Positions 54,809 through 64,000 of a stretch of DNA of 64,000 nucleotides are shown piece after piece (positions within the stretch are counted from its first letter, which is position 1; every line of letters starts with the position of its first letter). This DNA is from an uncultured Planctomycetaceae bacterium (GTDB taxonomy: Bacteria > Planctomycetota > Planctomycetia > Planctomycetales > Planctomycetaceae): assembly GCA_963815195.1 (NCBI GenBank), contig CAWFGE010000021.1:192001-256000 (forward strand), in the 5' to 3' direction. The notes under the pieces were generated by a model, which was not told the origin of the DNA, searched no databases, and worked only from the letters and a program-made list of their open reading frames with translations. The translations under genes were made by a program, and so were the position numbers.

Positions 54809-55870
54809 ATGGTCGCTCGGAAGACTTGCCCAGCCTGCCAGAAGCGCCTCTCGGCGGCGGCGTTCAATGACTCGGGACGAACCGCCGACGGCCTGGCGCG
54901 GACGTGCCGGGCTTGCACGAATGCTCGTCGGCGGGAGCGGGGTCGTTCGCGCAAAGAGTGTCGCGAGCCCGCCAGCAATCTGGCGTCAGTGCTGCGGGAA
55001 GGCGATATTCAGGCGGCGCGGAAACGAATGCGCTCCGGCGAGTTGCCCCAATGGGACTGGATCTGCGAGACCATGCGCGAAGGGCATCTCGCAATGGCTG
55101 AGATGCTGGTGGAATCCGGTGTCGAGCGAAACATCTTCACGATGGCTGCGATGGGCGACCTAGCGGGATTGCGACGCAGGCTCCGTCGAAAGCCCGCCGA
55201 CGCCCGGCTGGCCGTCGACATGGAACCGGGCAGCCGCGACGTCACACCGTTTCACGTGGCGTGTGCTTCCGATTGGAAGTCTCACGGACACGACCGGATG
55301 GGAGCCCAGGTCGAAGCCGCCAGACTGTTGAAGGAGTCCGGCGCTGATGTGAATGCCCACGCCCACTATCGGGGGATCGACGATGCGACGCCTCTTTTTT
55401 GCGCTTGCTGGACCTCGGGAAACGTCGCGCTGGTCCGGTGGCTGCTGGACCACGGAGCGATCGCCACAGATCACGATCTGATGGCCGGTCTCGGCCACTT
55501 CCAGCGTCACGGCCGAGCGGCCTACGACATCGCGGAAGCGCTTCTGGACTGGGGATTGCCGGTCGACGGCCGCGTGGCCGGGGATCGCACACCATTACAA
55601 GCGTTCGCTCATCAGGCGGCGCACAAGACGGTTTCGTGGCTGATCGCCCACGGCGCGGACATCGGCGCACGCGGCCCGGGTGGCCGGACAGCAGCCCATC
55701 TGGCCGCCGAGAGAAACACGCGCCCGACCACCCTGGCAATCCTCGTTGACGCCGGAGCCGATCTTGCAATCCACGATGACGACGGCCACACACCACTGGA
55801 CATTGCCAGCCTGAGCGAGAAGGCTCGCGTTGTTGAGTGGATCGAGAAGATTCGCCCGAACGTCCGATGA
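54809..55870 (+). CDS. Cassette 3: C4 zinc finger + ankyrin-repeat protein
   Basis: CPAC..CRAC; TPFHVAC, TPLFCAC, TAAHLAA, GHTPLDIA. Confidence 0.8.
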   Translation: MVARKTCPACQKRLSAAAFNDSGRTADGLARTCRACTNARRRERGRSRKECREPASNLASVLREGDIQAARKRMRSGELPQWDWICETMREGHLAMAEMLVESGVERNIFTMAAMGDLAGLRRRLRRKPADARLAVDMEPGSRDVTPFHVACASDWKSHGHDRMGAQVEAARLLKESGADVNAHAHYRGIDDATPLFCACWTSGNVALVRWLLDHGAIATDHDLMAGLGHFQRHGRAAYDIAEALLDWGLPVDGRVAGDRTPLQAFAHQAAHKTVSWLIAHGADIGARGPGGRTAAHLAAERNTRPTTLAILVDAGADLAIHDDDGHTPLDIASLSEKARVVEWIEKIRPNVR

Positions 55871-55872
55871 CT

Positions 55873-55978
55873 GCCCAACCAAACGCTCAACCTGACCCGG
55901 TGCTGCCGGGCGGGTTTTGTGGTAGAATCCGTGTCGAGTGGCCCGGCAGCACCGGGCAGGTTAGCTTCAACGTTAGGG
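55873..55978 (+). other. attC site
   Basis: GCCCAAC...GTTAGGG; arms AACCTGACCCGGTGCTGCCGGGC / GCCCGGCAGCACCGGGCAGGTT with one unpaired base. Confidence 0.9.
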
Positions 55979-55986
55979 AGCAAGCA

Positions 55987-56565
55987 ATGCATCACCGAGT
56001 CGTGACCGCCGTGACGTGTTTGTCACTGCTGATCTTCGTCGCTGGCTGTCAAAAGTCCGCACCTGCACCAGAACTACCAATATCGGCTGGTGGACTCTTG
56101 CCTCTATCGTGGTCGCCAACTGACGCGAATCCGATGCCCGGAATTGATCAGGCCTATATCAGCACTTTTTGGATTCCGCAGTTCACAAAGAGCCGTCATC
56201 CCGTGCTCTTGCTTTGGTTCGATACCTATGGTGCTAAAGCGGCGTGGCACGAAAGGACGGATGGCTTTGACGGCAAACTTGGCGATATCGCGATCGAATT
56301 CCATCTCGCTTCTGAGACCTCGGATGATGGAACGGTCACGATCGCTGGCACGGATTACGATACAAAGAAAGGTTCGCTGTTCTTGATCTCCACCGAACGG
56401 GAAGATCCTGTTGTTAAACAATTGGATCGCAGTGTTGCAGACCTTGATATTCTGACTGTTGGTGAATCCAGCACTGACAAAGACAAGCTGAAGGCACTCG
56501 CAAGAAGCGATTCGGACATCTCAACGTTCTTTCGTGACGCAGCGCACAAACCAGAAGCTCCCTAA
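55987..56565 (+). CDS. Cassette 4: hypothetical lipoprotein
   Basis: GGAG RBS; MHHRVV..IFVAG|C lipobox; stop inside R''. Confidence 0.7.
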   Translation: MHHRVVTAVTCLSLLIFVAGCQKSAPAPELPISAGGLLPLSWSPTDANPMPGIDQAYISTFWIPQFTKSRHPVLLLWFDTYGAKAAWHERTDGFDGKLGDIAIEFHLASETSDDGTVTIAGTDYDTKKGSLFLISTEREDPVVKQLDRSVADLDILTVGESSTDKDKLKALARSDSDISTFFRDAAHKPEAP

Positions 56566-56649
56566 CAAATCGGTGAACGGGAGGGCTCGGCGCAGTCGGT
56601 CCTGAAATCAAGCTCCTCTCCTCGCCCCCCGTTACCTCGGTCGTTATCA
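56560..56649 (+). other. attC site
   Basis: CCCTAAC...GTTATCA; arms AACGGGAGGGC / GCCCCCCGTT. Confidence 0.8.
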
Positions 56650-56661
56650 GAAAGAAGTCAC

Positions 56662-57180
56662 ATGTTCGCAGGCGTTGACTTTAGCGCATTCTGGACTCTG
56701 GGAGAGTACCCAGAAAGTCTTATCGAGCCTTCGCCAACGGATGCAATGATTTCCGAGATCGAAGCGGAAATGGGATATCGACTGCCCAAATCATACATCG
56801 CGCTGTCGCGTATTCAGAACGGCGGCTTGCCCCAATATCGGTTCCATTCCTCGCCGTCACCGACATCATATGGAGCAGACGATCACATCGAGATTGCAGA
56901 AATCTATGCGATTGGCCATTCGGCTCCCTGGGCTTTGGGTCGAACTGGGTGCAACAACGCGTTTTGGATCAACGAATGCAACTATCCAGCGATCGGCGTA
57001 TATTTCGGGAACTGTCCCGATAGTGGCCATCAGATGCTCGCCTTGGATTACCGAACCTGCGGTAACACTGGGGAGCCCTCCGTAGTGCTTGTCGATGAAA
57101 TTGAGGATTACAACATTGTACCGTTAGCAAAAGACTTCGAGACGTTCATCCGAGGTCTACGAACCGAATGGACTGCATAA
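56662..57180 (+). CDS. Cassette 5: SMI1/KNR4 (SUKH) immunity-family protein
   Basis: EIEAEMGYRLPKSY..QNGG, SGHQMLALDYR.CG..GEPSVV, LAKDFETFI. Confidence 0.88.
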   Translation: MFAGVDFSAFWTLGEYPESLIEPSPTDAMISEIEAEMGYRLPKSYIALSRIQNGGLPQYRFHSSPSPTSYGADDHIEIAEIYAIGHSAPWALGRTGCNNAFWINECNYPAIGVYFGNCPDSGHQMLALDYRTCGNTGEPSVVLVDEIEDYNIVPLAKDFETFIRGLRTEWTA

Positions 57181-57195
57181 ATCATTGAATCTGAT

Positions 57196-58973
57196 CCCGG
57201 ATTATTCATCAGGTTCGTGCGTGGTGAGTATTTCCGTGGCGGAAAGTGCACCGGGTGGTTGGGGAGCGGAGGATGGGCGGACCGCCCCCTTTCCCCCTGG
57301 GGCCTGGCGATCGTTGGGTGAGTGAAGGAAAGAAACAGAAAGGCGGATGCCACGATGGCGAACTGCTCAGTCCCGAAGAACCAGTTGCTCATGGGCGTGA
57401 CGTGGGAGAGGTGTGTAGGGCCGCGGGCGAGCTCCACGCGGACGTGGCCAGAGGTTGGCCAGACGCAGCGATCGGATGCGGGAAGACATCGCGGCCCAAA
57501 ACGCGCTCACGCTTTCCTCAATGTAAATCACGAGGCGGCGGGAGTGCTTCACGACCCGCGCTCCTGTCCGCAGCACCGACTGCTGGAAACGATGCAAGTC
57601 CCAGCAACCGCCCAACTCGTCCTCGAACTCGATCCGCAGCATCGACGCCAGGTTGAACGCCAGCAGGCCCAACAGCAACGTCACTTCGTTCTCCGCAAAC
57701 ACCGATGACGAAAGACGGCAGCCAATCACCGCGTTGAATTCGCCCAGCCGGTCCTCGAACGTGCCGCGCTTGCGGTAGTGCGACAACACCTCATCCGCCG
57801 AGCGTTGCTCCTCGGTCCAGTTTGTGATCAGGAAGAAGTAACGCGGAAACAGAGCCAGTTGGCCCGTCTTCGCCTCCGGCTTGTCGACGATGACCAGAAT
57901 CACCCGCTGCGGATGACGCCAGCCCTCGGCTTGGTACTTTCCGAGTTCGATCACGTCCTCATATCCGCCTTTGGGCGGCCGGCCTACGGGACGTGTCAGA
58001 TAGGGCGCGGCCATCTCTTCCAGCACGTTGTTCTTCTTGATTCTCCCGCAAAAACGGATGTTTTCGTCGGTCAACTCATCCAACACCGGGCCGGCGATGA
58101 AACCCGCATCGATCCGGAGGTCGAAGCTCCACGCCAGTTGCCGGGCCTTGCCGACCACGTTGCGAATAAACCGCCGGATGCCATTGGCCGTATGCACGCT
58201 GCCTTGCCGCAGGATGGCATGAATGAAGCCGTTGCCCAGCCGCTGGCCTTCCCGCGCGCTATCGTAGTCGCCGCCGACCGAGAAACTAGCGACCAGCGGA
58301 TGATAGACGGTCTCCTTGTAGTAACCGTTGTAGCGGGCCCCCGGCTGCTGGCCATAAACCTGCATTGGGAAACTGTCAATGTCGATGGTGGCGTAGCGGA
58401 CGCGGCGGTCGCTGTCGCCGGTGCTTTTGATGTGCCGATGGATCCAGTCGAACAAGGCGCTCCGCACGGCCTCGAGATTCGTCTTGCAGTCGGCCAGCCA
58501 ATCGATGAGCCGGGATTGAGTGGGTTGGCTGGCCAGGCGTTGGTTGAGCACTTCTTCGCCGGGCCGGTCCCACGCGGCCATCTTCATAGCGGGATCATGG
58601 GCGAGCCGGTCGAGATCATCCTGATCGGACTCTCCCAGGGCCATGGCGTAGATTCTTTCCCGCAGCAGTTCGACGCCTTGATAGCGGACGCGGTCTTGCC
58701 GGCGAGGATCGATCAGTCGATCGGCAAGGGATTCGGTGAGTCCGAGCCGATGATCGAAGTCCCGCAGCAGAACGGCACCGGCGTGTGACGTGAGCCGCCC
58801 ATCGACGGCCTTGACCTTGATGGAACGATTGAAATCGGGCTCGAAAATGTTAGGCTGAACTTCACCCATCGCGTGTTTCCTCCGTAGGGTTTCGGGATTA
58901 GATATAACCCTTAAACGCACAGGGTCACGCGATGGTTCCTTCTTTTTTCAGCTTTTTTGGTGAATAATCCGGG
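57196..58973 (-). mobile_element. IS1380-family insertion sequence
   Basis: Terminal IRs CCCGGATTATTCA / TGAATAATCCGGG; no target duplication visible. Confidence 0.85.
57367..58869 (-). CDS. IS1380-family transposase
   Basis: LTSHAGAVLL, LASQPTQSR, IDIDS, YNGYY..YHPL, RIDAGF, YRKRGTFE. Confidence 0.9.
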   Translation of the reverse strand: MGEVQPNIFEPDFNRSIKVKAVDGRLTSHAGAVLLRDFDHRLGLTESLADRLIDPRRQDRVRYQGVELLRERIYAMALGESDQDDLDRLAHDPAMKMAAWDRPGEEVLNQRLASQPTQSRLIDWLADCKTNLEAVRSALFDWIHRHIKSTGDSDRRVRYATIDIDSFPMQVYGQQPGARYNGYYKETVYHPLVASFSVGGDYDSAREGQRLGNGFIHAILRQGSVHTANGIRRFIRNVVGKARQLAWSFDLRIDAGFIAGPVLDELTDENIRFCGRIKKNNVLEEMAAPYLTRPVGRPPKGGYEDVIELGKYQAEGWRHPQRVILVIVDKPEAKTGQLALFPRYFFLITNWTEEQRSADEVLSHYRKRGTFEDRLGEFNAVIGCRLSSSVFAENEVTLLLGLLAFNLASMLRIEFEDELGGCWDLHRFQQSVLRTGARVVKHSRRLVIYIEESVSAFWAAMSSRIRSLRLANLWPRPRGARPRPYTPLPRHAHEQLVLRD

Positions 58974-59136
58974 ATGACTGGTCGAAGTAAACCGAATTGA
59001 ATCGCTTTTCCGTAAGATCAATAATGTATTTCATGACTTAATTAGTAACACCTTGACTATATATTCAGGAACCGAAGAAAGAAAAACGAACTCAAATGCT
59101 TGGCGATCACTCATATTGATATAATGTATGCTCTTC

Positions 59137-59450
59137 CTAGAACCCAAACAAGTATTTTTTCTTGTATTCAATCTGTCGGGCATTTTTCATTGAAAACGTA
59201 GGATGAGCAGGGTTTAGTACAATTGTAAACGAACCTTCCATACTCTTGAATCGTTCCTCAGCCTCAATTGAGAGTCCATGCACTCCCTTACCGCTTGGTT
59301 TGGTTGGCACAACTTTTGTAAATCCCAAACTATCGATCACGTCTTCTCCATCGCCGACCGCCCAAATGAGGGATTTTGCTGTCTTCAGGCCAACCAAAAT
59401 AAGCCGCCCACCAGATTTTAAAACCGGAGCCGCAGTCTCAAAAATCCAAG
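59137..59450 (-). pseudogene. AT-rich 3' gene fragment truncated at a family A REP
   Basis: ~100-codon open frame without its own start, beginning exactly at the repeat end. Confidence 0.4.
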
Positions 59451-59595
59451 AGTTCGTGTAGGGCAGGCTCCTGCCTGCCATTTTGGACTCGGTTCATTGG
59501 GGGAATTGAGGAAGGCTCTTGAAAAGACCTCAGTAGCCTGCCATTTTGGACTTGGCTTGGCTGCTTTCATCGAATGAGGAACGTATGGTTGGGCG

Positions 59596-61221
59596 TGTAA
59601 CGGCTCAGTTCGAACTGGAATTTCTGGCTGGTTGGGTTAGTCTATTCTTATGAGAGGACCGACCCATGAGCAACAGCAAACGACGTCATTTTACGCCCGA
59701 GCAGAAAGCCGAGGTTGTCAGGCGGCATCTGTCGGGGAAGGAACCCGTCTCCAAACTCGCTGAGGAGCTTGGGGTGCAGCCGAGCCAGATTCATGCGTGG
59801 GTGAACCTGGTTCTGGCGCAGGCGGAGCGGGCATTCGAGAAGTCTCAGCAGAATGGACGCGCGCGGACGGACAAGGTCAAGGACCGCCGCATCGAACAGC
59901 TCGAAGGTAAGATCGCCGACAAGAACGAAGTGATCGCCGAGTTAATGGAGGCGAACGTTCGCGCAAAAAAAGAGCTTGGGGAACTCTAAAAGGAGGCTGG
60001 GTTCCCCACGACACGCGCGACGAAATCGTGGATTACATCACGTATTGGACGGACCGCGCCGAGATTCCCGCCAAAACCCTTTTGGGTTGGTTGGAACTGG
60101 GCACGAGCAAGTACCACTCGTGGAAAGACCGCTACGGAAAAGCCAACGAGCACAACGGGAAGATTCCCCGGGATCATTGGCTGGAGGATTGGGAGAAGGC
60201 GGCGATCGTCGACTATTTTGACCAGCATCCCTTGGAAGGCTATCGCCGGCTGACGTTCATGATGCTCGATGATGACATCGTCGCCACAAGCCCGGCGACG
60301 GTGTATCGCGTGCTCAAAGCGAACCGGCGATTGGACCGCAGGAAGTTCTCGCCGTCCAAGAAAGGCACAGGCTTCGTGCAGCCCTTAAAACCCCACGAAC
60401 ACTGGCACATCGACGTGTCTTACATCAACGTGGAAGGCACGTTTTACTACCTGACCAGCGTCTTGGATGGCTGCAGCCGGGCCATTTTGCACTGGGACCT
60501 CAAGGAGTCGATGACCGAACAGGACGTGGAAGTTATTCTGCAAAAAGCGATCGAGACCTACCCCGGCGAATCGCCGCGGATCATCTCGGACAACGGGCCG
60601 CAGTTCATCGCGCGGGACTTCAAAGAGTTCATCCGCCTCGTGGGCGCCACACACGTGCGGACCAGTCCGTACTATCCCCAATCGAACGGCAAGATCGAAC
60701 GTTGGCACGGAAGTTTGAAGTCCGAATGTATCCGGCCGAGTTGTCCGGCCAACGTCGAGGAAGCCCGGCGAAAGATTCAAAGCTATGTGGATCATTACAA
60801 TAATGTGCGGCTGCATTCGGCCATCGGCTATGTGACGCCCGCCGATAAACTGGCGGGCATCGAACAGGAGATCTTCACCGAACGCGACCGCAAGTTGGAA
60901 ACCGCCCGAACGCGCCGTCAGGCCGCCCGGCAATTCGCGCGACAGGAGGTTGCTTGATGACAAGCCGCATGGCACAATCGAATGCGACCTGGGCGGAGGA
61001 TACGGCTCTGCTGAGGAGCACCCGGAGCGCCGCCCCAGGGGCCAAGACCGGAGGCGGGATCAAGCCCCTTCCCTTGATCCCGCCCGTTTCGAAAACCCTC
61101 CGGGATTGGCACCAAAGCGAAAAACCTTCGCGGCAGGATGCCGCGAAATCCGCGACAGGAGGTCACCTTCCACTGACTAACACCAACACGCCCAAATTCC
61201 ACTTACCGCTGAACCAGGACA
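59596..61221 (+). mobile_element. IS3-family insertion sequence with 4-bp target duplication GGCG
   Basis: TG...CA ends with imperfect IRs; GGCG at 59592-59595 and 61222-61225. Confidence 0.9.
59666..60957 (+). CDS. IS3 transposase OrfA/OrfB, programmed -1 frameshift
   Basis: OrfA HTH 59666-59989; A7G slippery site 59965-59972; OrfB WHID, SDNGPQF, PQSNGKIER DDE motifs. Confidence 0.9.
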
Positions 61222-61394
61222 GGCGGTGCACGCCGGGTGCCACTGGCAGCTTGCCTGCCAGTGTGAATCGGATGAACCAATCGAGTTTTGAAACGCCCCC
61301 CGATTCCATGCTGCTGGAAAGCACTGGCAACAAGTTGCCAGTGGCACCCGAAAGACTGTTAGCAACAACCCCCGCTGACAGTGCCACCCCGCCG

Positions 61395-62224
61395 TTGAAT
61401 TCGCCCAGCCGGTCCTCGAACGTGCCGCGCTTGCGGTAGTGCGACAACACCTCATCCGCCGAGCGTTGCTCCTCGGTCCAGTTTGTGATCAGGAAGAAGT
61501 AACGCGGAAACAGAGCCAGTTGGCCCGTCTTCGCCTCCGGCTTGTCGACGATGACCAGAATCACCCGCTGCGGATGACGCCAGCCCTCGGCTTGGTACTT
61601 TCCGAGTTCGATCACGTCCTCATATCCCCCTTTGGGCGGCCGGCCCGCGGGACGTGTCAGGTAGGGCGCGGCCATCTCTTCCAGCACGTTGTTCTTCTTG
61701 ATTCTCCCGCAAAAACGGATGTTTTCGTCGGTCAACTCATCCAACACCGGCCCGGCGATGAAACCCGCATCGATCCGCAGGTCGAAGCTCCACGCCAGTT
61801 GCCGGGCCTTGCCGACCACGTTGCGAATAAACCGCCGGATGCCATTGGCCGTATGCACGCTGCCTTGCCGCAGGATGGCATGAATGAAGCCGTTGCCCAG
61901 CCGCTGGCCTTCCCGCGCGTATCGTAGCCGCCGCCCACCGAGAAACTCGCGACCAGCGGATGATAGACCGTCTCTTTATAGTAACCGTTATAGCGGGCCC
62001 CCGGTTGCTTGCCGTAAACCTGCATCGGGAAACTGTCGATGTCGATGGTCGCATAGCGAATGCGGCGGTCGCTGTCACCGGTGCTTTTGATGTGCCGATG
62101 GTTCCAGTCGAACAAGGCGCTCCGCACGGCCTCGAGATTCGTCTTGCAGTCGGCCAGCCAATCGATGAGCCGGGATTGGGTGGGCTGGCTGGCCAGGCGT
62201 TGGTTGAGCACTTCTTCGCCGGGC
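61395..62224 (-). pseudogene. Internal fragment of an IS1380 transposase
   Basis: Matches 57734-58564, both ends replaced by REP elements, 1-bp deletion near 61920. Confidence 0.9.
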
Positions 62225-62477
62225 CGGCGGGTGGCATGCTCATGGCTTGGCATGAGCATGCACTTGGATGAAACTTTGATTTCTTGGAATCGAAAAACAC
62301 AGGGGCCATGCCACATCACGTTCGGAAACCATGCTCATGCAAAGCCACGAGCATGCCACCCTGCCGAGTTTTGAAACGCCCCCCGATTCCATGCTGCTGG
62401 AAAGCACTGGCAACAAGTTGCCAGTAGCACCCAAAAGACTGTTAGCAACAACCCCCGCTGACAGTGCCACCCCGCCG
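62225..62477. mobile_element. Composite REPIN/MITE-like element (B'+C), second copy
   Basis: Reverse complement of 42895-43148 with about two substitutions and one indel. Confidence 0.8.
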
Positions 62478-62603
62478 CACGCCGCCGCTGAAATTGGTGT
62501 AGGCGAGGAACTGACCTAAGAGCGTGCCGCCCGAGGGATCGGCGCCGTCATAGCCCTTGACGTGAGGCGAACCGCCCTCATCCGCCCCGGTCACCAGAAG
62601 CTT
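62478..62603 (-). pseudogene. Single FG-GAP/VCBS-like repeat fragment
   Basis: Minus strand KLLVTGADEGGSPHVKGYDGADPSGGTLLGQFLAYTNFSGGV. Confidence 0.6.
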
Positions 62604-62620
62604 GGTGGGCAATGCCCACC

Positions 62621-64000
62621 CACCCCTTTCAACATGTCACTTACCCCTGGATTTGGCCAGAGTTCGCGCGGTGGAGATATGGTGATTCCGTTTGCCGCTC
62701 TTTTTTCGAGGCTGTGGTTTTTTCGGCCCGCGTTTCTTTTTGGGGTAACGCGTCAGGTCGATGCGTTTCGCGAGTCGCACCAACTCGATCGCGAGTTTTC
62801 GAGGTGGCATGATTTGATAGCCCTCCCAGATTTCCGCGTCCACGGCAATGTTCATGCCCACCGTCGTGGCTGTCACGTCCTGCGTCAGATGATAGTCCGA
62901 CAGTTGTTCGTCGATCGTTTCTTCACCGTGAACGGACCGCAGGGCCGCTTTCACGACGGCATAAGTGTTATAGGCCAATACCGCCGTGGCGAAGGCGAAC
63001 AGCGCAGCCTTGGGGTAGCCCAGCGTCTCCACTTCGCAACGCAACACCTCGGTCAGAGTTTGGAAGGCTTCTTCAATCGTCCAGCGCTTGCGATACAGAA
63101 AAGCCACTTTTGCGCATTGGCGACTTTGACAGGCAAGTTGGTCAGGATGTGAATCTCAGTGTCACCATTCTCTGTGGGCGTATCCAATTGGATGGTGATC
63201 CGCCGGACTCGCAACGTCTCTTCACCCTGGGACAGCTCGGCCGACTGCTCGAAAACAACACCCGTTTCGATGCGTCCGATGCGTTTCCGGCGACCGACGA
63301 GTTTCCAGGTGAGTGTCGAAGCGTGTTGGCGAATGACAAAGTAGGCCGACTGCTTGACAATTCCAAACAGAAACTTGGTCGTGCAGAAGTTCCGGTCGGC
63401 GATTGTCACCGTCTCGGCCCGGATCCATTCCAGAAGCTCCGGCAGAAGCGAACGTTCCTGAGCATGCCCGTCTTCACACGGGAGCAGTTCCGAAATCAGA
63501 TCCCGCTGCGCGTCCAGAAGCGCCAAGGTCTGGCCGGGCAAAGGGCCTTCCCGCGTGACGCGCAATTCCGCCAGCCGATGCTCAGTCGCCGCCAAATGAT
63601 TCCCGTCCAAATACTGCACGTGATAGCCCGGCAAAAGTTCGCGGCATGCTCCCGGCATGGCATCGATGACTTGAGCCGCGTCCTGGCTCGTTTCCCGGAT
63701 CATCGTCGCCGAAAGGCCGGGTTCCAGACGGTTCAACTTGCCATAAAGTGCGGCCGGCGAAACCGCCAGTTGCTCCTTGGCCGCCAAGTACCCGGCATGG
63801 ACCGACTTGTGCGTCCGCGTCGCCACGCCCATCATCAGGGCCACCACTTGCGAAAACAGCAATTCTTTCTCGTATTGTCTCTGCGAAGCGTCGGCGAAAA
63901 TCTCATCCAGTCGATCCGGCGACACAAGATTCTCGAGCGTCGCTCGAACCATCACTGCCGCTGGACATTCTTCCACAAAACGATCAAGCACAGCGTCGGG
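62621..64000 (-). mobile_element. IS4-family element, runs off the window; transposase 62637->63991 frameshifted near 63110
   Basis: LDGNHL, IADRNFCT, LTNLP, YRKRWTIEEAF (YREK-type); abuts the REP GGTGGGCAATGCCCACC at 62604-62620. Confidence 0.85.

Larger units (their letters stand above)
59451..61394. repeat. Inverted copy of the composite B+A module, split by IS3 (59451-59595 and 61222-61394)
   Basis: Reverse complement of 38460-38788 once the IS3 and one GGCG copy are removed (family A part has a small internal deletion). Confidence 0.85.

Overview
GC-rich bacterial chromosome segment, most likely from a planctomycete. This is inferred from the DUF1552 and DUF1592/PSCyt1 pair, DUF4159 protein, sulfatases, ECF sigma plus Ser/Thr kinase, and Flp-like and PEP-CTERM proteins. 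Bases 1-37.4 kb and 43.5-52.7 kb hold mostly ordinary genes (epmA, dapF, acpP/fabF-like, ftsH, sodC, htpG). About a dozen genes are split by single-base frameshifts, probably long-read indel errors. Three things stand out. (1) At 11.47-11.86 kb, a complete sigma54 promoter architecture (palindromic enhancer sites, AT-rich spacer, -24/-12 box) points into an ORF-free, rod-folding ~175-nt candidate RNA, divergent from a membrane-anchored enhancer-binding protein. (2) At 52.8-57.2 kb, an integron remnant has a 5'-truncated integrase in the same orientation as five attC-delimited cassettes (HEPN protein, MafI-like and SMI1/KNR4 immunity proteins, Zn-finger-ankyrin protein, lipoprotein). (3) Two hotspots (37.4-43.3 kb and 59.4-62.6 kb) carry nested REP/REPIN-like composite elements that bracket truncated gene fragments and are hit by IS3 and IS4 elements. 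No tRNA, rRNA or CRISPR array was seen. All family calls are from recognising motifs by eye; no searches were run.
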